Part shown: positions 55,370-64,000 of the stretch, in pieces
How the letters are laid out: each line of letters begins with the position of its first letter
How positions within the stretch are numbered: the stretch's first letter is position 1
NCBI GenBank assembly: GCA_951406725.2
Contig: OX597815.1
Location: 124,682,001 to 124,746,000, forward strand
From: Octopus vulgaris
Taxonomy: Eukaryota
DNA: 64,000 nt
Direction of reading: 5' to 3'
The notes under the pieces: generated by a model
The model's input: the letters and a program-made list of their open reading frames with translations, nothing else
The model's database searches: none
What the model was told of the DNA's origin: nothing
Program-made: the position numbers and the translations under genes

Positions 55370-55615
55370 CGCGGTATGCCAGAAAGTTTGCAAATCCAAC
55401 GGAGGGCTAAAAAGACATGTTAAGATCAACAAAATGCAGAACTTATCTGCAGGTCTTGGTGGTCCAAATCAGAGGTGCAGTCTATGTGGGTGTCTTTTCA
55501 GAACATTGTCTGGCTTTAAAATCCATATAAGACGCCATGATGGTGTAAGGTATAGGTAGAGGAGGTGGTCAAACTCTGTATAAGGAGTAAACAGCCTCCA
55601 TGTATGTATGTATGT
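55370..55615 (+). mobile_element. RTE-type LINE 3' end with two C2H2-like fingers and (TGTA)n tail
   Basis: CQKVCKSNGGLKRHVKI and CSLCGCLFRTLSGFKIHIRRH, then tggtcaaactc...gagtaaacagcc(tgta)n, similar to the 3' end at 18905-18940. Confidence 0.65.
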
Positions 55616-56059
55616 TTGATCATACCTTTGATTTTTTTTCTCATTAATTGCTTTAGACGTCATGGAAAGATAACTATATATATAGGGGAATGAAATAATT
55701 CTTTAAGTCACCCTTAACCCCAATTAATAACTGATTAATTGTTTATTTACTAGTTTCCTAATTCATTTTCCAAAATCTACATGGACTAAAGTGTATGAAT
55801 GCATGGAGTCTTTTAGTATTCTATTATTACCCAATAATTCATCATACTCTTTCTTTTTCCTTGACTTAGCTGCGTTTCCTCACCTCAAATTCACTAGTAG
55901 ACATAGAGTCACACACTCTTTCCCCAACCAAGCTGTGAATATTTTTCTGGCTAATCTCTTTGCTGCATTCATAATCATAACTCTAATGATTTTAGATACA
56001 GTTTTGTAGTTTCCGACATCAACAATCATTGCAAGTCGTAAGTAAACCCTGAACATGTA

Positions 56060-56216
56060 TGCGCGTAACTGTGTAGTAAGTAGATGGCTCACCAACCACA
56101 TGGTTTCGGGTTCAGTCTCACTGCGGGCACCTTGGGCAAATGTCTTATACTATAGCTTCAGACCTACCAAAGCCTTGTGAGCGGATTTGGTAGACGGAAA
56201 CTGAAAGAAATCCGTC

Positions 56217-56259
<43 letters not shown>

Positions 56260-56462
56260 GTGGTGGGGTATGTTTGTGAGTCTGTGTTTGTCCCTCTACC
56301 ATCACTTGACAACCGATGTTGGTGTGTTTATGTCCCCGTAAATTAGAATAAGTACTACGCTTACAAAGAATAAGTCCTGGGTCGATTTGTTCGACTAAAG
56401 GCGGTGCTACAGCATGGCTGCAATCAAATGACTGAAACAAGTAAAAGAATAGAAGAATAAAG
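56060..56462 (+). mobile_element. SINE family A
   Basis: Homologous to 7044 and 33054. Confidence 0.9.
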
Positions 56463-56535
56463 GAATGCACAGACACACATCTATACATCTCACCTCTCAC
56501 ATATGTTAATATTCACATACACACTCACAGAAATT

Positions 56536-56598
<63 letters not shown>

Positions 56599-56674
56599 TT
56601 ATATACACCACACGTCTATGTATGTATGTATACGTATGCACATAATATAAATGTATATATATACATATATATAC

Positions 56675-56758
<84 letters not shown>

Positions 56759-57277
56759 CACATTGCTACATTGTTTAAAATACAATTATTATTTAGCTAC
56801 GTATATTGTATACTTTACAACTGAAGTGCCTCTAACCGGAAGAGGTTAATATGTGGTAAATAGACAGAGCAAAGAACAAGCCTTTGTAAGCGATATAAGC
56901 AACAATGTCCGGATGTAGTAGTTAAGTATCTCAGGTTTAACTGTTAAATACTTCCTATTAATTAACGGTACGACTTTAAAAACGCTCTAAACTAACCAAA
57001 CAGATCTTATTTGATTTCTCTGATTGGGTCGTTTGGCATGGAACATTTGAAATATATGTCATCCTAACCGCTGCTACTGAATAACTAAGTGAATTTCGAG
57101 ATTAAATATTCAAAGCAGCTAATTACAGCATCATTAGTATGGATTTATGACATTAATTTCGATGTTTTCAGGTAATGCAAAAAAAAAGCTATTTCAGTGG
57201 TTGCCTGAGATATTATCCTGTATTTTTAAATGAAATAAAATCAATGAAAAGTAACTGTGAACTTGGGAGTAGATGTA

Positions 57278-58142
57278 CGAAGTAACATCAAAGAGTTGCC
57301 GGAGTAGTTATGTTTAATAAAAAGAAAAGACTTATTTGCCAAAGTTTTAATATCGTCTCCTTCGAAACAGTCAACTTGTGCAAGCGGTCCCAGCCTCCCT
57401 GCCACTCCGTGAGCAAGTCGAGGACCTTCTTTGATTCACTCTCGATCTCGACAACGGTCTTAAAACTGTGATTTTTGAGCTTCATTTTTATGAAGAGATG
57501 GAAGCCTGTAGGTGCTAAATCTGGTTAATAAGGCGGGTGTAAAAAAAACACCATGTTTTTGGCGAGAAACTCACGAGTGAGGAGAGTGCGGTGACAGAGC
57601 GAATTGACGTCGTAAAGAATCCAGATCTTAGGACTGCCTACACGGACCCATACAACAGACCAACAACATCTATAATGCTGTTGATTGTCTTCTGACGATT
57701 CTCATGCACAAACCGATGAATTTTCTCTACATTTCTCGGGGTGATGATTGTGGCAGGTCTTCCAGATCGCTCATCGTCTTCCAGAGACGTTTTTCTGCTT
57801 TTGAAGCGCCCGTGCCACTAGAAACATTGCGTGTGACCCATTGCCTCATCACTGTAGGCCTGCCCAATGTCTCTGTAGCAGACGTAACAAGTTTAACGGA
57901 AAATTTCAGGTTGGCTCTTTGTTCCAAATTCCTGTCCATGACAAAACTTGCAGATTACAATATACATGTGATCACAAAAATACAAATTTCACAACTTGCT
58001 AAGTAAACACAGCAATGTCACCCAGCACACTGCCTCATGAAGGACCCTGCTAGCTCTCATTGTGCATGCAACCGCGTGCTGGCATCTCTTGGCACGCTAC
58101 AGAACTAGTTCTGGAACTTTTATATACATTATATACACCTCG
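57278..58142 (-). mobile_element. Mariner element, same family as 12231, internally deleted
   Basis: MDRNLEQRANLKFSVKL; 5' UTR is the reverse complement of 12250-12425; TIR ta-cgaagtaacatcaaagagttgccggag. Confidence 0.88.
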
Positions 58143-58474
58143 AACAATATCTACATTATTTGCTTCGATTTAAATTTCCTGCGTTCAAATAATATGTTGA
58201 TTCTCATGAATATTTCTTTTCAATGACATCCCTAACGTCTATCATCCCAACGATTTTGCTCTGATTCACTCATTTCATGAGAGCATATATCACATATTCA
58301 ATTGAAAAACAATCCTATTTTCGTTAACACCAACTTGTTTGTTTAGTGTCCGTAAATTCTTATTTGAAACGGGAATCTACGTTTAGTACTGTCAAGAAAA
58401 TAAATGAAAGAATGCGGATCAATAACGAAAAAGCCCCACAATCTCTTCTTTCATTTCACTATTTATTCTCCAGA

Positions 58475-58505
<31 letters not shown>

Positions 58506-58514
58506 ATGTATATA

Positions 58515-58584
<70 letters not shown>

Positions 58585-58587
<3 letters not shown>

Positions 58588-59228
58588 TTAGGGAGTAAAT
58601 CCAAACTTACAGGGAAAAATTAGATTTGGGATTAAATCTAATTTTACAGTATAAATATATATATTAAATTAGAGATAAAACCACTATTATGCAAATCAAA
58701 CAGTAAAAAGCATAAACCAAAACATAGAAATAATTTTTTTTTTTTTTTTTTGTTAAATATTTAGGTAATTAGATATTGACTATAATTGAGATTAGATTAT
58801 TTGTGGGTTTATTATGTGTCTTTAAAGCCATATTATATCTGAATAGATAAATACATTTTCTATCTATTCTTACCTTAAAAATTAATACTTAAAAATTAAT
58901 ATTTAACATTATAATCGATTGTATGACATAATCATAATCGTTAAAGTTTCTAGTTTGATAATAGAGTTTTTTATTTATTTCTTTAAAAAATATTGTTTAA
59001 ATATATTTGATTATTTATTTAAATATTATCATTAACCTGAAGATTGACTATAACCATAATTCGAATTATTAATTGAATCTAAATTATTGTTATTCGAATT
59101 AGGTTATGGGCATGAAACGATCGTAGTGGTTTTACTTTTTATCTTATATTAAACTTTTTAATACTTTTTTATAATTATATATATTAAAAAAAACAACAAA
59201 AAATAAAAATAATAATAATAATAATAAT

Positions 59229-59272
<44 letters not shown>

Positions 59273-59448
59273 TTATAAGTATAAATTAATAATTTTAAAA
59301 AAAATTAAATTTTAACTTTAAATTTAAATAATTTAAATTTTGAATTTTATATTTTATATATTTTGTATATTATATTAATTAATTTAATTTCTATGTTTTG
59401 TTTATGTTTTTCACTGTTTGATTTGCCTAATAGTGGTTTTATCTCTAA

Positions 59449-59456
<8 letters not shown>
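58585..59456. mobile_element. AT-rich element with ~70-bp inverted repeats, probably PLE pLTR-derived
   Basis: 58661-58733 (attaaattagagataaaaccactatta.gcaaatcaaacagt.aaaa.cataaac.aaaacatagaaat) recurs inverted at 59386-59456; contains a hammerhead-like motif. Confidence 0.6.
59031..59133 (+). ncRNA. Hammerhead ribozyme-like motif with long helix II and degenerate helix I
   Basis: CUGAAGA (59037-43), long hairpin ugacuauaacc-a-uaauucgaau...auucgaauua-gguuaugggca, GAAA (59114-17), C-GAUC-G palindromic helix III, GUA cleavage triplet (59123-25). Confidence 0.5.
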
Positions 59457-59517
<61 letters not shown>

Positions 59518-59581
59518 TATATGTATAAGTGTGTGTGTGCATATATATATATATGTATATATACGCATGTATAGACATATA

Positions 59582-59677
<96 letters not shown>

Positions 59678-60436
59678 AATCAACAGAAAGCAGAATATAA
59701 GTAACTTGGTCGTCTACAGAAGTTTCCGACGAGGTTGTTTATATTTTATGACATTGCATTAATATCAGTCTTAGTAAAAAAAGTTGAAGTGTCATATTTT
59801 AAAAGTGCATAATCCCCTAAACAAATAAACCCCCAAAAAAGCAGCAACAGCTATTCGTGTAATAATTCATAAGCCAACTGAGAAAAAGAAAAGACTTCAC
59901 TTTATTTATTAAGGAAATATCGGTTGAATTGACGCACAGAGTACAAACACTTTTTTCTAAGCAATCATTTATTAGTAACTTTAATTATGTACTTGAAGTA
60001 ATCATTATGTTTAAGACAAAAATAAGTCATAGTAATACGAATTCCAGTCATTCTAAGATTTTCATGATTAAACCAGGCTACGCTTAATTAACTATGTATA
60101 ATTTTATTAACAAATGGTTAGATTTGTATTTCGTGACCAGAAGCTTTCAATTTCTTTCTTCACCCGCCCTCTTTTTCTCTATAGCATATTTTCCTTATGC
60201 TTAATAATGGCGACACAGTTAACTTTTCATAATAGCAATATGTGCCCTTCTTTACGAAATGTAAATAAATATTTAGTGTTTAATAAAGATTAAAAAAAGA
60301 AATATTACAAGACCCTATTAATTGTCGATGTCCTACATACAGTCAAACAATTCATCCACACACAAATGTACACAAGTATTCACACACATACACACACATA
60401 GTATTTATATATTCACATAATTTTTTTAATAACTTA

Positions 60437-61465
60437 CATAGGCCGTTCAAATTACATAAGTGCAGTGCACATATGGGTTGAGTATTCTTTTTTCTAATAC
60501 AAATGTACTACTCCATATACTCTTCATCGCAAGCAATGCATTCGAACTACCGTTGAATCAGCGATAATAAATTCCAGACGTGCACTGCTGTGTACACTTT
60601 TTCACAGCCGCTTTAACCTAATCTGTGCAATCAAATTGTTGTTTCTAAAGACTGTCCCTCATCGGATCGAACCGGTAGAATCCCTCCTAATGGCTTCATT
60701 AATCTCTTTGAGTGTCTAAGGGTACTGCTCGTTGTTCACAGCAGATCCACATTCTCGGAAATCACACGGAATGACTCCCTTGTCTTCTATCAAGGTGTCG
60801 CTATGACTTTCTGTGCTAATCACTAGTTCTTGGACATTTTAGGCCTTGCAGAAGAGGAGCAATGCCATTCCCTGGCATGAACCTCTGTCATAAAGATACG
60901 CCTACGCTTCATCCCTTGTCACCAGATCGGAAAAACGTGTATTCAATTGCTTCGAACATTTCTAGCTGATCTGAGTAGACATCTACTCATCTCTCAAATA
61001 GGATGTCAGCTTCATCGGTACCGACTTTACGCATACTTTCTGATACCTAAACTCTTCCACATCTTCTGTAATGTGACCTCAGTTATAGAGCAAGCTGGCA
61101 GGTAGATATTCGTCTGTCCCTGCTTATAATTTCGTCCACTTGCTAGCGAATCATGTCAATGGTCGACGTTGATTGTCTCTCAAAGAGTGATTTGTCTATA
61201 ATGCTAGTTTCTCTCCTTTATCATTGGTCTTGTCAATGATGGCATCTCACGAAATGACCTATAATCTTCTGTGGATGTCGAGAAACGTACACCCGCCATT
61301 CATCAAAAACTCAGTTACGGCAGCTGCTTTTGCTAGTAACTCATTATTCATCAGCAGCTAAAGAAAAAGAAAAGAAAAGTTCAGCATCATTTGTAATTTT
61401 GACAAAACGTCAGTTATTAAAGGAAAGTTATACCCACTGTTGCATTACATTCGGTACAGCATTAT
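60437..61465 (-). mobile_element. Very old mariner-family transposon
   Basis: Minus-strand remnants AVTEFLMNGGCTFLDIHRRL, LVTRDEA*AYLYD, KGVIPCDFRECGSAVNNEQYP*TLKEINEAIRR and VKAAVKK; ends approximate. Confidence 0.7.
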
Positions 61466-61601
61466 GAGATGCATGCGTATATATATGTGTGCGTGTGTGT
61501 GTGTATGTGTGTGTGTATGTGTGTGTGTATGTGTGTATGTGCGTGTGTGAGAGTGTGTGTGTCCGCGCGCACATATATATACTTACATGAATATATTAAT
61601 A

Positions 61602-61639
<38 letters not shown>

Positions 61640-62239
61640 CATACATCTATATATGTATGCATGTATGTATGTATGTATGTATGTATGTATGTATGTATGT
61701 ATGTATGTATGTATGTATGTATGTATGTATGATCGCAACCCTGCAGTTCTAGAATGCTAACAAATAATTCTATCCTGTCTTACACATTTTACATATTAGT
61801 CAAAACGTTTACAATATAACTATTGGCAACTACCTCACTTCCTTATTATTATTACTCGGTTGGCAATGACAAAGGAATTATTCAGGCTGAATCTACTTAA
61901 AGTAACTATTATGTTCTGATTCATTTCTCTTTGCTGGGGAATATATTCACATCCGTAAGCAACTGTGAATCTAAAGGGCTTCTTATTGTTCATAGATAAA
62001 CACTCTACTTAACTAACTACATTCTTCATTCCATTGTGTAGTCTGATATACCTTTCTATTTCACCGACTTCTCAGTACTTACATTTTATATGAAACTAAA
62101 GTTACACATTTCTGTGATTAATGTACTAAAAGAAAATATAAATAAATATTCAGAAAGCTGTTTTACTAAAGAAAGAGGACAAAAGTAAATTTCTTAAGCT
62201 TTGGATTTCTGTTTTTTGGGGGGTTTTTTTGTGTGTTTT

Positions 62240-62950
62240 CAGTCCAAATCCAGCCGAAGTCAACTTCACCTTTTACCCTTTCGATGTCAATAAAAAAAAG
62301 GTACCAGTCAAATATTAGTCGAGGTATCGACTAATACCTCATCCTCATATATGCTGGCCTTATATCTGAATTAGAAACTATGTATATAGCAATACTAAAG
62401 ACGATAAATTGGCTGAATAGTCAAGGTCTTGGTGGAATGGTCTGCGATTAATACGGTTGTTTTCATTCTTAGTTAAAATTCCGTTAATGTAAACTTCACA
62501 TTTCATCCACCTGGCGCCTAAAAAAGAAAATTTTCAATTAAGTACTTCACACGTCTTGACTGACTAACTCCACCCCAAGCTTTCTGGAGTTGAGCCTTTA
62601 CAAATCACTTTCAGGCGGCTTCTAGCATAGATAAAAAAAAAAGTACTATTCAAGTACTGGTTTTCACATAATCGAGTATATCTTCATAGAACCTTCTAGC
62701 GTTATAACTATGTAAGAAATCAAAATATAGCCAGGGTAATGGGGATTCTTTTGCATATGCACACGGATATATATTTAGGGGAAAGGCAAAGTTGATTAAA
62801 TCATTTTTAATACATCACTGTTACACGTTGTATCGACTCTTAAAGGATTAAATAAAAGGTGAAAGCTGACGAAATTGAAACTGATAAACGTAAAACGATG
62901 TAGATACTAAGTGCTTGATGTTTTCCTGAAAGTATATCGATACAACCATT
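62240..62950. mobile_element. Cluster of very degenerate SINE family B copies
   Basis: gtccaaatccagccgaagtcaacttcaccttttaccctttcg (62242), gttaaaattccgttaatgtaaacttcacatttcatcc (62471) and a reverse copy near 62780-62900. Confidence 0.5.
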
Positions 62951-63177
62951 AAACACTAATCAGAGTCAATTGTAATTAAGCGGTAGCCAATAAAGTCTCA
63001 ACCATCATGAGATGGAAAACCTGCAAATGTATGATTCATTTGTATATATCTACAAAATAACTGTTTCTCTGATACAACACACACATAAAAAAAAAATTAA
63101 TAAATATACCCTTGAGAAATTTTTGAAGCTATCCTAATTGAAAAAAGTAAAATTACTGATTTGTATACAAGCAATAT

Positions 63178-63228
63178 ATAGGTATATATACGGTATATAT
63201 ACGGTATATATACGGTATATATACGGTC
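63178..63228. repeat. 11-bp minisatellite (GGTATATATAC) x4
   Basis: Directly visible. Confidence 0.9.
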
Positions 63229-63661
63229 GAAATATTTCATAACTGGTCAGCTAAATTATCAGTTAACACGTTAGCAATAGAGATTACTATGTATTCGAAA
63301 CAATAGACTATGAATACAAGTATTATGTAGTAGAATCAACAGCAAATGAGAAAATAACAAGTCAGGAAAATGAGTATCAGTATTCTACTTTTAACAATTA
63401 AATGAAAATATGATTTGTATTTTAGGGTAAAAGAAAAAACTATTAATACACTAGATACTATTGATGCGACATAATTCGTTGAACTCTTGGCACACCTCTG
63501 TGCATACACACAGACCCGCACGCACCACATCATATACACACACAAGCACCACATCATACATACATACACACACCACATCATACACACACACACACACACA
63601 CACAAACATTAGTGAAGAAAATTGAAGTATTCCATACCGCTGCATAATTCCTCTATCTATC

Positions 63662-63714
<53 letters not shown>

Positions 63715-63729
63715 CTATCTATCTATCTA

Positions 63730-63778
<49 letters not shown>

Positions 63779-63799
63779 ATATATATATATATATATATA

Positions 63800-64000
63800 T
63801 TTCTTTACTGCCCACAAGGGGCTAAACATAGAGGGGACAAACAAGGACAGACAAAGGGATTAAGTTGATTACATCAACCCCAGTGCGTAACTGGTACTTA
63901 ATTTATCGACCCCGAAAGAATGAAAGGCAAAGTCGACCTCGGCGGAATTTGAACTCAGAACGTGACGACAGACGAAATACCGCTAAGCATTTCGCCCAGC
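63800..64000 (-). mobile_element. SINE family B with a Tx1-like 3' tail (5' end outside the window)
   Basis: Head and core closely similar to the 15434 copy (63880-64000); tail tttctttactgcccacaaggggctaaacatagaggggacaaacaaggacagac matches the LINE 3' ends at 34115, 40520 and 42802. Confidence 0.88.

Noticed and set aside
55353-55559. Two C2H2 fingers suggesting a member of the expanded cephalopod zinc-finger gene family
   Set aside because: No TGEKP linkers, first finger incomplete, and directly followed by an RTE-type 3' end and (TGTA)n tail; better explained as a LINE C-terminus
63178-63228. Short regular repeats as a CRISPR-like array
   Set aside because: Head-to-tail 11-mers without spacers, in a eukaryotic context with no cas genes

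Overview
AT-rich eukaryotic (animal) DNA that is almost entirely intronic or intergenic. The abundant tRNA-derived SINE families, very dense microsatellites ((TA)n, (TACA)n, (CA)n, (TAA)n) and the transposon spectrum point to a coleoid cephalopod, most likely Octopus (inference from recognised repeats; no search was run). No intact host gene is visible. The best candidate is a signal-peptide-like first coding exon on the minus strand (564-672), with weaker isolated exon candidates elsewhere. The rest is decayed mobile DNA: restriction-like-endonuclease (RLE) non-LTR elements (R4/Dong-like, HERO-like), a near full-length Tx1-like LINE plus fragments, RTE and CR1-group fragments, Penelope-like (PLE) fragments, Tc1/mariner and pogo-like DNA transposons, and many SINEs. 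The most interesting signals are at the RNA level: (i) a complete minimal type-I hammerhead ribozyme with a compensatory G3:C8 core swap, whose inverted partner copy stops at the predicted cleavage site; (ii) a second hammerhead-like motif with a long helix II inside an inverted-repeat-bounded AT-rich element; (iii) a SINE whose 3' tail matches the 3' end of the Tx1-like LINE; (iv) a ~1.2-kb head-to-head inverted repeat; and (v) an unexplained triplicated non-coding module. Most ORFs in the supplied track are translations of microsatellites.
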